A stretch of DNA of 63,091 nucleotides, filler included, from Stramenopiles sp. TOSAG23-2 (taxonomy: Eukaryota): NCBI GenBank assembly GCA_900128395.1. It is 12 parts of 12 records of this genome, joined end to end, with 100 filler letters (N's around TTAATTAATTAA, not from the genome) between each part and the next. Parts side by side here need not be neighbours in the genome. Positions count along the whole stretch, not along the records: positions 26,194 to 32,626 come from LT650465.1; positions 32,727 to 39,155 come from LT650466.1; positions 39,256 to 45,677 come from LT650467.1; 9 more parts are not named here. One strand, written 5' to 3'. Positions within the stretch are counted from its first letter, which is position 1; every line of letters begins with the position of its first letter. A program made the position numbers and the translations under genes. A model generated the notes under the pieces. It was not told the DNA's origin and did not search any database. It saw nothing but the letters and a program-made list of their open reading frames with translations. Below are positions 32,093 through 44,031 of the stretch, one piece after another.

Positions 32093-33119
32093 ATTTTATA
32101 ATAATGCTAGTATATTAATTATTAAATATAATATATATAAATATTATTAGAAAATCCACAGAAACAATATAAATAAAAACAAACACACAATAATAATAAT
32201 AAAAAAAAATTGAAACAAATGAAATATAGTATACACTACGTTAACAAATATATAGATATGTCACGTATATACACAATCAAGAACAAGAATGAATACAAAT
32301 ATATATACACCTATATACACACAAACTCTTATTTAAAATTATTATTTTATTTATTATAATAAATTNNNNNNNNNNNNNNNNNNNNNNNNNNNNNNNNNNN
32401 NNNNNNNNNNNNNNATTAGCATATAAATAGCACTAAGTACTATTTATATACTAAATAGGTACATACATAAATCGATGAAAAACCTTAGAATTTATCGCAC
32501 TTCACAGCTCACAGCTCCCAGATAAATTAAAATCACAATATTTAGTACATAGACATAGAAATGTATTTAGTATACTAACTGGTACAGTCAGTGGATATAA
32601 TATGCGAATAACAAAAGTGCGTATACNNNNNNNNNNNNNNNNNNNNNNNNNNNNNNNNNNNNNNNNNNNNTTAATTAATTAANNNNNNNNNNNNNNNNNN
32701 NNNNNNNNNNNNNNNNNNNNNNNNNNGTGTTTAATGGTGCAATTGAAGTTTTGTGGTGGCTAACCAGCTAACCAGCTAACCAGCTAACCAGCTAATCCCA
32801 TCATCTTTAATATTAACGTCGCCAGCAATTGACGTAAATTTAGCACTACACAGCACTAAAACAAGATTTCAGGTGAAAATTTATCAGGTCGACAGCCACC
32901 TGTGGGAAAAGCTGGAAAAAAGCACAAAACTAAAACGTCGCTTCAACATACAAAATAACAGGTAAATAGTATATAGTAGATATACGTGCAATGAAAAATA
33001 CAAATTACAAATATCAATCACATAGTATATTATACAGAATAGAAAATTATAATTCAAACATTACATTTCATCTAGAATATATTTTGAACAGATAATAAAC
33101 ACAACAACAAGCAATAAAC

Positions 33120-34904
33120 ATGGAAACCAAAATTAAGATTCCATCATTAATTTTTTTCAATGATAAGCAGAATAAGAATTTCGATAAATTATCATGCTCA
33201 TCACTCAATCAGGCTTTGATAGAAGCACGTAGCATTATCTCAAATACACCACATCCTTGTCAAAACAAATTTTGCCAACAATATCATAATGCACCATCGT
33301 TACATAATAATAATAATAATGGAAATAATATTACTGTAAGAGTTGAAAAAGAGGAAACAAAACATGACAAGGAATATTATTACAAATCCAATATTTCTAT
33401 TTCAAACATTTCAAGACAACCAACAATTATTGAAAATGCAAGAGACTTCCTTGAAGAAGAAAGAAAACATTGCCAAGTAGAAAGATACGAACGAAAATAT
33501 ATTATGAAAAAAGAATTTGAACTTACGAAAACAGGACAATTTGGAATAATGGAAAAAAAAGAAAAATGTAGTACAAAAAATTTAACACCGTTGTTACATA
33601 TTGAACGAGGAGCAATTAGTCGTCTTGAAAACTTTATCGAAGAATCGAAAAATTCAAAATATACATCATCAATGAATATAATTTCATATAAAAGCAACTT
33701 AATTGATAATGCGGAAGATTACAAGAAGTTATTAATGTTTAGTTTTGATAAATTAAATTCAAAAAGTACTATGAACAAGATTAAACTAACAATTAGACGT
33801 ATAAAAAGTCGAAAATTATTTTTAGACCGCCGCTTTCTGGATATGATTATCCTATGGAAACTTATATTGAAAATTAAACCAATACAATTAATGGAACGCT
33901 TGGCAATTCCAAATTTGCATAGATTAGCTTCTTCTAATATAATTATCGATAAAGAAGAAGTGGAAAAAAATAGTTATGAATGTTGTATTTGCTATGCAAA
34001 TGCTGGATCATATCGTATGTCAGAACATTGTAACAAAATGGGCCATTTGTATTGTGGTGATTGTGTTCAACAATATGTACATACAACAATTCATAACGGG
34101 AAGTATCCAGCACATTGTCCAGCATGTGCTTCAGAAAAGAAACACAACAAGACAAAGAACGATGAGAAAAAAGGAAAAGATGAAAAAGATAATAATGCTG
34201 ATGATGACGGAATCATTGAAGAAACTGCATTGGCATCACTTGTGGCATCAAAGATTATAACAGAAAAAACAAAATATCGTTTTATATTGGGTCAACATAT
34301 TGCAACAAAGAAACAACTTGAATATTTTCCATGCCCAAACAAACGATGTGACAAATATTTATACCATGGGAAAAAAAAGTTGTTGCAAAAAGGAAGAATA
34401 ATAGAAGGTAAATTCTCCCATCTTGGTAAACATTGTAGATCGGTAAAACATTGGGAAAGATATCAACCTGGATTATGTCCATGTGGGCAATTTGTTTGTA
34501 TGAATTGTAAAACAAAATTAAATATTCACACAGCAAAACATCATAAATGTATAGTCAAAACAGAAAAAAATGAAGTAGATGAAGCGACGTTAAAGTTACT
34601 AGAACAGACAGGTAAGGTCTGCCCGAATTGTGAATTAATAGTTCAAAAAAATGGTGGATGCGATGTAGTCATGTGTGGCACTAATGCACACGGCAGAATT
34701 TTGGATGCTATCAAGGCAGGAGGATGTGGGTGTCAATTTAACTGGTCAACACTAAGAATTTGTGGTAGTTATTTTTATGGTTACGACGGCAAACGTGTAG
34801 AATTTAAAGGAAATCAACTTCAAAACGGTGAATATAAAAAATATTTAAGAGCGGCACAAAGATTTTTTATAATGGGAGAAAGCGAAGAGCAGGAAGGAAT
34901 CTAA
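33120..34904 (+). CDS. RBR-type E3 ubiquitin ligase (RING1-IBR-RING2)
   Basis: RING1 CCICY...C...H.YCGDC...CPAC; IBR CPNKRC...CPCGQFVCMNC...HHKC; RING2 KVCPNC...VQKNGGC. Confidence 0.88.
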   Translation: METKIKIPSLIFFNDKQNKNFDKLSCSSLNQALIEARSIISNTPHPCQNKFCQQYHNAPSLHNNNNNGNNITVRVEKEETKHDKEYYYKSNISISNISRQPTIIENARDFLEEERKHCQVERYERKYIMKKEFELTKTGQFGIMEKKEKCSTKNLTPLLHIERGAISRLENFIEESKNSKYTSSMNIISYKSNLIDNAEDYKKLLMFSFDKLNSKSTMNKIKLTIRRIKSRKLFLDRRFLDMIILWKLILKIKPIQLMERLAIPNLHRLASSNIIIDKEEVEKNSYECCICYANAGSYRMSEHCNKMGHLYCGDCVQQYVHTTIHNGKYPAHCPACASEKKHNKTKNDEKKGKDEKDNNADDDGIIEETALASLVASKIITEKTKYRFILGQHIATKKQLEYFPCPNKRCDKYLYHGKKKLLQKGRIIEGKFSHLGKHCRSVKHWERYQPGLCPCGQFVCMNCKTKLNIHTAKHHKCIVKTEKNEVDEATLKLLEQTGKVCPNCELIVQKNGGCDVVMCGTNAHGRILDAIKAGGCGCQFNWSTLRICGSYFYGYDGKRVEFKGNQLQNGEYKKYLRAAQRFFIMGESEEQEGI

Positions 34905-35258
34905 AAAAAAAAAGAAAAAATAATCTCGAGAAAGCATAAATTTTTTAATTTTAAACAAAACCAAGATTTTTTTAAATAAAAATGTAAAAAAATATAAAAT
35001 ATGTACGAAGTTCGTAATATATTTTTAATTTACTCATGTGATAATTCCTAACATTTACGAACTCGTATATTTTATTCGTAACATGTCAATTTAAAATATC
35101 AATATTTTATTTTAAAAAAATATACGTACGTAATACGTACTTTTAGAGGTGACGCGAACTTTTCCACCATCGACACTATCATAATACACAACACAAACAG
35201 TATCACCCGAGATACACACATATATTCTTTTTAATTCATCTTTTTCTATCTATCTCCA

Positions 35259-35778
35259 TCATAAAGTCATATCATAAAAACCAAACATAGCTTTCAAAAA
35301 ATTAGTAGACGATGTATTTAAAAAATTAGCAATGAAAGATACTAAAATCATAATGCCGATACATGCACTTAAAATCAAAGAATACGATGAAATTGGTTTC
35401 AAAATAAAGTCCAAAATTAATTTATTTAATGCAAGCAAATCAATATCTTTTTTTTCTTTCTTTCCAAATATAAACCGTGTTGCATAATGCCATACATTTC
35501 CTTCCGAGTTAAACACAGAGATCATCGATCCACTTGAGGAAATTACAATACCATGATCATCAGTTCCACCAAAATTTAAATGCATTACATCAGCACGATT
35601 ATCATCCCAATAATTTAAATCAATAAATGTTACATGTGTATTTGTATATACAGATGCAATTTTATTGTTTGAAAAATATTGAAAATATAAACAACTTGCT
35701 TCTTCAATGTTATAATTATTATTATTATTAAACATATCATCAGTTCCAATAGATGTAATTGCGTTTGCATTGTTGTTG

Positions 35779-35812
<34 letters not shown>

Positions 35813-37253
35813 TACTATTGTCATTAGTCATTGTATTTGCTGATAATGAATTATTATTTTTCATAACATAGTTAATATTATATAAATTATGATTACTACC
35901 ATACCTTCGCACAGCTGGCAGTTCTACACAAAATAATTCTCGGTTGTAATATTGAATATTCAACACAACAACGTATCCACCTGAAAAACCGACTAATAAT
36001 AAATATTTGGACATAAATTCATGTCCTAAAATTTTTCCATACCTTGATTGAAATGATATTTCAACTGAACTACTAGTATTACCATCATTAACATTGTAAA
36101 AACATAAGCTTTCGCCGTTTAGATTAACAGACAGAATATTACAATTGTGTTTGTTTTTGCTATTTCTTCTTCCTTTTCTGTTATTATGACTGTTATGATT
36201 GATGTTTCGAATATTATTTAAGCCTTTTCTTTTATTACTAGTATTTCGAATATTCCCTTTGCCTCTATGATTATTGCGATTTCTAGTATTGTTGTTGGTG
36301 GTGCTGTTTTTTCGATTTCGAATATCGTTTCGCCTTTGTAGTTCATCAACATCATCGTCGTCATCATCATCATCATCATCATCTGAAGTATCTCCATCAT
36401 CATCCTCATTATCATTACTACCTTCTAGACTCGGCATGATAGAGTTAAATAATAATGACATGACAGGTATTTTTGTTTTAATTTTTGTCAACAATGTCCC
36501 ATCTACTGCTGCTACGTAAATCTCACGCCTTCCTTGGCAACAAAACACAAAATGAGTATCCTTTCCATTCCATTTGCCGATTTCAACACGTCGTCTTTTT
36601 CTGCCATCTATTATTGTATGATTCAAACGAATTGAGTTGACCAAAAATACAGAACCTTTCCCTGTACCAATTGCTATTATATTTGACGATGTATCTTCTT
36701 CCTGTTCATTTGTTAAACCAACATTTCCACCGGATGAACTTCTTCCATTCGACCATTCGATCAAAGTTATATCACGCACCCCAACATCATATGTTTTATA
36801 TTTTTTCTCTTTTCCATACCAAAAAACTAAAAGAGATGAATTTTCTTGTGCACAACACAATATTTCCCCTTTTGCATCCCAAGCAAGAGCTGTACATATG
36901 CTAGATCCAGGTGGCATAATTTGATCTACAATACTTAAATTTTTAATATCATCATGGTCTTTTGTAAATACATGTATTACTTTGGATGTACCGGACGATG
37001 CTAAATACTTTGGGCTATCATTATCTTCAGTATTATTACCCCATGCAAACAAAACCTTTCCACGTCCGTGAAATCTTGATTTTACTTGATAGGTTGCCCC
37101 TAATGCAAATCGTCTATTATTGTTTTCATAGCTATTATTATTATTATTATTATTATTATTGGAAGTATTTGTTGTGGAGGGGGATGTGGTAGTGGACGAT
37201 GAGGATGAATTTGTGGATGGTTTTTTATCATTTGCATTCGAAGAGGGTGGCAT
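35259..37253 (-). CDS. WD40 protein resembling the first beta-propeller of WDR19/IFT144, with a C-terminal transmembrane helix
   Basis: HGRGKVLFAW, CTALAWDAKGEIL, IAIGTGKGSVFL and ISFQSRYGKILGH..LLVGFSGGYVVV follow the WDR19 N-terminus in order. The ORF ends with hydrophobic SLILSACIGIMILVSFIANFL and has no solenoid. Confidence 0.75.
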
Positions 37254-38067
37254 GTTCTTCTTCTTATAACTAATTCTTATGTATCGGTATATGTATATAT
37301 ATATATATATTGATGTAGTAATTTTTATTTCTTTTTATATATTACCACAATAGATATGTTATTCATTTATATTTTATAAATATGTTTTTTGTTTTTTAGA
37401 CTAGCAGTGCACAATAATATTTATTATTCATTTTTATATATTATTAGCTATAGTAGTATTATTATACGTGCCTTCGTTACTCTACAAAGATTGTTGCTGG
37501 ATTGCCAGGATTGCCAGATTGCTGAATTTAAAAAGGATGGATGCCAGATTTAGATTGATGCTGGATTACTATTAGTAAGGAAAAGTCTATATTAATACTG
37601 TAGGACCTACCACGTGGTGGTAGCTGGCTAGACACCATGTTATTATAATAATTCCAGGCTCCATGCCCGGTAAAGGAGTGTAGCAGACCAGTATAGAGGA
37701 GACACCATTATATAGATGTGAAGGGACCGAGTATACCGTAAGGCATGCTGGCATGACACATTCTTCATTTTTTTTCTTCTTATTATTATTTATTATCTCT
37801 TGCACTCTTGCACTCTTCTTTCTTCTTCTTGTGCTTTTCTGTCTAATCTATTAAAATATGTCACATACAACACTCACACAAAGTATTACACTATTTATTA
37901 CATTTTGTTGGGGTTATTCATATATATATACATATGTATATAAAAAAAACATTGTATTATCAACCTATCATCCAGTAATATATTACTTAATAATATAAAA
38001 TATATAATTTTTGAAAAATATATTCATAGTAGTAGTAGCTGTTGTAGTAGTATAGTAATTTAAAACC

Positions 38068-38379
38068 ATGATACAAACACCATTTACAAAACGTTTAGGT
38101 ATCACCCATCCAATATTATTAGCAGGTATGGCAAATATATCTAAGGCTGATTTAGCAGCTGCTGTATCGAATGCTGGTGGATTAGGTGTAGTTGGAGGTG
38201 CATTTATTACACCTGCAGAATTAAGAAAGGAATTGAAAATGTTAAAGGAACAATTAAATTCTCCAGATTTACCTTTTGGTGTTGATTTATTATTACCAAA
38301 AATTGGAGGTGGTGCGCGAGCAACAAATCATGATTATACAAACGGTACTATCTATGAGCTTGTTCAAGTGATGATAGAG
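38068..38379 (+). CDS. Nitronate monooxygenase (2-nitropropane dioxygenase) family, first exon or fragment only
   Basis: TPFTKRLGITHPILLAGM...LAAAVSNAGGLGVVGG...PFGVDLLLPKIGGGARATNHDYT. Homology stops at GAG|GTGTAT and I see no continuation on the contig. Confidence 0.85.
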
Positions 38380-39255
38380 GTGTATTAATATGCGTACTGT
38401 GCTACTGAGATATGATTTTAAAATTAAAATAAATATTATGATGCAAAAAATATTTTTATACTTTTTCGAGAAACAATATTTTATGTGTAAATGATGTACA
38501 CGTAATGATAATCCCAGAACGTCAAAATACGTAAAATAAAGATAGTTTTAAATACGGACCCGTAAAAGATCAGCTGCGCCACTTTTAGACCCTCATCGAA
38601 TTTAAAATTAGGGTTAAAATTAGGTGAATGTTAGTGTTGGAGTATAATAAGTACAACTTATGATTAATATACCTATATACTTTACTTTAATAATATTTTT
38701 TACCATACTGTGCCTTTATTTACTATACTATTTTTAATTATAGCTATATAGTATAATTTTTTCTAAAATGGGAGTCTAGTACCTTAAAAAATAAAATAGT
38801 CGTATATACAAGATCATGGTGATATCAGCTTTTTGTGATAATCACCTTGTGGTAAATTAGTCGTTATATAGTGATAATGTATTTTGAAAACTAGTACAAG
38901 TACTTGGTATTGTTCTATTAAAATATATATAGCCACAGTACGTATTATTATTCAATCCTGGTGGTGGTGGTGATGATGATAATTCAAAGAAGAGTTATTA
39001 TTATAGTAAATAATTCAAATACAACATTAAACAGTATAACAGTCAAAAATAAATATTATATATTTTCAAACATCAATGTCACATAGACAGGAAAGATAAA
39101 TAATTTCAAAATTATATATGATTTTCATATCCATTTTTGTTAACATATCAATATANNNNNNNNNNNNNNNNNNNNNNNNNNNNNNNNNNNNNNNNNNNNT
39201 TAATTAATTAANNNNNNNNNNNNNNNNNNNNNNNNNNNNNNNNNNNNNNNNNNNN

Positions 39256-39848
39256 TTCTTGGTTTATCTAACAAATCATACCAATTATTCCATTCATCAC
39301 CATAAGCTTCATTTGGATTATATGGTATTCCAAGTTTCAATCTTTCTTCAGTATTATTTTTGCACCATTCATGATACTCATCTTGACTTTTAATACCTTT
39401 TTCTTTTACAAATAGTTGTAAGTCATTATATAATATTCTTGTATCTGATCTTACAGGTGGTGTTGTACCACATAAAGCATACCAATTATTCCATTCATCA
39501 CCATAAACTTTATCTGGATTATATGGTATTCCACGTTTCAATCTTTCTTCAGAATTATTTTTACACCATTCATGATACTCATCTTGACTTTTAATACCTT
39601 TTTCTTTTACAAATAGTTGTAAGTCATTATATGATATTCTTGTATCTGATGTTACAGGTGGTGTTTTATCAAACAATGCAGCCCAAGATGTACATTCATC
39701 ACCATAATCTCGATTTGGATTAGATGGTATTCCATGTTTCAATCTTTCTTCAGGGTTATTTTTACACCATTCATGATACTCATCTTTACTTTTAATACCT
39801 TTTTCTTTTACAAATAGTTGTAAGTCATTATATGATATTCTTGTATCT
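39256..39848 (-). CDS. Fragment made of 60-aa (180-nt) tandem repeats resembling the 'integrase repeat' / helicase-associated unit
   Basis: YNDLQLFVKEKGIKSQDEYHEWCKNN..ERLK.GIP.NP...YGDEWNNW occurs three times. There is no ATG start; the frame is cut at about 39849 and runs off the contig. Confidence 0.7.
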
Positions 39849-40890
39849 AATCAAAAGAATATCGTCTCAAACCTCTTTGTGAGGATGATTTAGCGTTTTT
39901 CAATGTTACACGTAGCATGGAATTCATGGTTTTTTATATTATCGTATTTCCTTTTTTAATTGTTTCTTGTTGTATTGTGTCTGTTCTCTTATGTTTTATC
40001 ATATTTCATATGTCAATAATAATAATTATTATTATTTTATATATATATATATACTATGTTATGTTGTGTATACGAGTGTAAAATTATTTTCTTTTGTGTG
40101 AAAATAAGAATTAGGTAGTGTGTAGCAGGTAATATTATAATTTAATGTCGAGATTACATATATTTTAATAAAAGTGCACTTTAATATTCCCAATTTTCAT
40201 ATCGCCACGTGTCCATCAAAAGCTTTTGTCATATAAAGTTTATGAGACCTTCATAAAATGTTCGTGCGCGGCCCCAATTTTTCAGCATCACTTTTCATGG
40301 CTTTCTCGGTTTCTTTTATTAGTCTAATTAGAATACGAATTTATATACTTTAAAATTACCGATCATATAGGGTCAAAATCCACATGGTATATAGTACATA
40401 GATGCTTAGTAGCTTAGTACATCATAGTTGATTTTATAGAAATAATTTTGGATTTTGGGTGGAAGGTGAAATGATGCTAAGTACAAAATGAATTATACTA
40501 AATTCATATCGTTCTATCAAAAATATCTGATGAGATAATTATAATCCAATACGTGCATACGTTAATTTACATTTTAATTTGGACACATTTTTTATTAATT
40601 TTCAAAATATATTATTACCTGTATAATGGTATATAGATTTGGTACTACTACGACAGATATTAATATAATTGCTTGTAAGTCACATGGAGAGAATGAATAA
40701 ATACTTGTTTAAATATCATATTCATATATGAGATTGCAAATTTATACTTGTATTATAAATTGATGTAGGTTACATTTTTCTTTTTTTTTAATTATTAAGA
40801 CGCATGACGGAACGGATTGTGAGAAATATAATAATAATAATAATAATAATTCAATTTATCTAAAAAAATTAGTAAAACGCATAACGAAAA

Positions 40891-41951
40891 ATGAATATGA
40901 GACATATAATGATAATAATAATAACACAATTTATCCTCTTAAATATTGTAACACACATGATTGTTGCAATAAAATGTAAGCCAGATGAAAAAGTGCAACA
41001 TAGAACGATGCAAGGTAATTGTATGGAACCAATTAAAGATGCGGATGGATGTTTTAAAAGAGCCGTAGTAGCAAGAATCGGGTAATAAAATGTTTAGATA
41101 AAATTGCAGAAAATAGAAATATAGAAAAATTACGAATTTTGTTTTTAGGCGTCAGTACACTTGGGCAAATTTGGAATGAGCTTTCAAGTAGAACACATGA
41201 AAAAGCACGTAAATGTCAAGATGGAATTCCACAAGAAAATGATGAATTTGATCCACATACTATTGACTTTCATCGATGGAATTTTATTTCTCCCGCTTCC
41301 GCGGAACATGGTAAAGCTAGAGAAGATATACAAAAACGTGTATTTTGCAATCAACCAGGAGCAGTTGAGCGGTTGCTAAATAATCATGTAGAATATATGA
41401 AAGAAGATATTGATGTTAAAGTTGAAAAATATGGATATAATAAGATTGTGATTCAAGTAGGAGCATGGGATGCCACATGGGGTGATTCTGATTCGGCATT
41501 TGAAACATCTCTAGATAATGCTGTAAAATATTTATTACGTGAATTAAGGCCATATGATATAATTTTATTAACACAATCTCCAGAAGGACATTATTTCGTT
41601 GGCGATCCATCTAGTGTATATGGACATAGTTGGGTATCAATTCAAGAAAAAACAATTCGATTAAATCACATAGTGCGTAAAATTGCAAAGAAATATAAAA
41701 CAGAACTGGTCGATGCATATTCTATGGTTATGACTCGTCCAGAAAAAGTAAAAAGATGGTTTTGGGAGAATGGTGCTGGGTGGCATTTGTCTAGACAAAG
41801 TGGTATGTCAATAAGAATTGCAGAAGAAATTCTTGGAAGAATTTGTTCCTCAATGGATAATGTAGAAGGCAATGGTGGCGATGGTGCTGAACATAATAAT
41901 AATATTTTTAATGATGTCGATATGCATAATGGAAGAGAAGAGTTTTTGTAA
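40891..41951 (+). CDS. Secreted SGNH/PC-esterase-like protein, split by an intron or frameshift
   Basis: Signal-peptide ORF 40891-41085, then a second frame KCLDKI...RILFLGVST...QVGAWDA...LNHIVRKIA...LVDAYSMV...GWHL. Candidate donor AAG|GTAATT at 41015 has phase-compatible acceptors (41097 or 41109). Confidence 0.6.
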
Positions 41952-42250
41952 AGAGTGCGTAAATAAAATAATTTTTATTTTCAGGGTGTAAAATTATTTA
42001 ACGACACAAAATAATTGTGCGAGCCGGTTTCAATAAAAAAAAAACAAGACAAACGTATGATACGCTATGATACGTACGTTTTACCGAAACTAAATCTGAC
42101 ACTTCGTATGATAATAAAATTAATAATTATTTAGTACTCGTACTCGTATATACGAAAGTACATTTAAAAAAAATAATACGCGTAATATTATAATATATGT
42201 GCAGTACATACATGTACACACTCACACATTTAATGTTCTTTATTCTATTT

Positions 42251-43333
42251 TTACAATTTACTTTTTGATGATGATGACGCCCAATTGATTGCACGTTTGC
42301 TATTAAATACTTTGGATGGATGTCTTATATTACCATAATAACCTAATGATGCATTTGCAACATCGTATCCTATTAATTTTGTAAGCGATCTAGGAAAATG
42401 TTTAGCAATTTCTGGTAATGTGGATAAATATTGATTTTCTTCTTGTCGTAACCATGCTAAATTCCATTGATATGTTACACCATATCTTGTTTCATTTGAT
42501 ACATTGCCCCCACCTCCATGCCAACAACTACCTAGAAAAAATAATGCAGATCCACGCTTCATAGTTGCTTGTTGCACAGTATCTATTTTCTCATCAGGTA
42601 CTCGTTGTTTCGGCCATTTATGAGATCCGAGGATAACACGTGTCGCGCCATTTTCAGCGGTAAAATCACTTCCAACTGCCCACATTGAACCAATATTTGT
42701 TTCAATATCTGGAAAATCATACATACTAGCCCATTTATCTCTATGCATCATTTGAGGTGTTTCCGTTTTATTAATTGCAATAATTTGAGTCACATGAAGT
42801 TGCCATGGATTTCCAAAGTTTTCATCTACATTTTTTGCAAATATATGTTCACCATTTTTTTTTTGAACTGCATTTTTACCTGCATGAATCACTTGTAGAC
42901 CTAATATGGCTTGACATATTTCATAGACAATAGGATGAGCTGCCATTAACCAACTATTTGGTGTCCTTGCTACCAGTGCACCAGCCCTTTTTGTAGCACG
43001 GCCAGTAAAATCATCAGAACCTGTACGAATTGCATCTAAATATGGCTGCATGTCTCGAACAAAATGATCACAAGTTTCTAATGGTATTATATTTTCTACT
43101 ATCAGACAGCCATATTTTTGCAATTTAAAAATAGCATCTTCAATATTAAATTTGGATGCATGAATACGTGGCATTGGGTCATTTGATACATTTTCAATAC
43201 GAAGTAATTGCGGATCATTATGTATTATCGTTCTTACACGTTGGACTTTTTCTTGAAATTCAATCTTTGTCAATACTTCTTCATTTTTTTTTTCATATTG
43301 TTGTTGATATGTTATTATTGGATTAAAAGACAT
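42251..43333 (-). CDS. Phytanoyl-CoA dioxygenase (PhyH) family Fe(II)/2-oxoglutarate oxygenase with C-terminal PTS1
   Basis: HRD...WHGGGGN facial triad, DFTAENGATRVILGSHKW, WLRQEENQYLS; ends in SKL. Confidence 0.9.
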   Translation of the reverse strand: MSFNPIITYQQQYEKKNEEVLTKIEFQEKVQRVRTIIHNDPQLLRIENVSNDPMPRIHASKFNIEDAIFKLQKYGCLIVENIIPLETCDHFVRDMQPYLDAIRTGSDDFTGRATKRAGALVARTPNSWLMAAHPIVYEICQAILGLQVIHAGKNAVQKKNGEHIFAKNVDENFGNPWQLHVTQIIAINKTETPQMMHRDKWASMYDFPDIETNIGSMWAVGSDFTAENGATRVILGSHKWPKQRVPDEKIDTVQQATMKRGSALFFLGSCWHGGGGNVSNETRYGVTYQWNLAWLRQEENQYLSTLPEIAKHFPRSLTKLIGYDVANASLGYYGNIRHPSKVFNSKRAINWASSSSKSKL

Positions 43334-44031
43334 TTTGTTAAATTGAATTAAAAATTTTTATTTATTTCGCTTATGACTAACTTATTAATACAAACAAGAA
43401 AACTTATTTGCAATAATAAAAAACTAGACTAGACGAATATTAAAAGCATACCATAATCCTTTTTTTTTTTTTTCTAATCATATCGTTTTATGTATCTGGA
43501 GGTATTTATGATTTCATTTTATTTCATTTTTATAAAATGTGTAATAACTTATCACGTGTATATCTTTTTTTCTGTGCGACGGAGAAGAAAGGCTGGATAA
43601 AAAAAAAGGAAGCAAAAAGTCCCATCCCTCTCTGGCATGGTAGGCTAATTGTGTTATTATTTTTACGGATATTTTGATCTTAAAAATGGCCTAGTTATTA
43701 GATGATTGTTTTGATATTTTGTGATTTTAACAAATACCTTAACCTCTGCAGGTTTTTTGGGTATTTGACCGTACTCAAATATATATAAATTAAAATAAGA
43801 ATTCGTAGAACGAACACACAAAAAAGATATTAATAGAATAGATTCAACTCTAGAGAGAGAATCCGATCAACTCCCTCCTTCCTGTTTATATCATCAATAT
43901 ACATCAGTGATAAAGGACGATATATATCTTGAGATTATACCCAACGATTGTTCATATAATATACCATTTATATTGAAAAGATTAAAACGTTATAGATTTC
44001 AGTTTTTTTATCTCTTTTTCTTCTATGTATA

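Noticed and set aside
38380-39155. Giant intron or trans-splicing in the nitronate monooxygenase gene
   Set aside because: The downstream exon is simply not on this contig; a long intron, truncation and chimera cannot be told apart.
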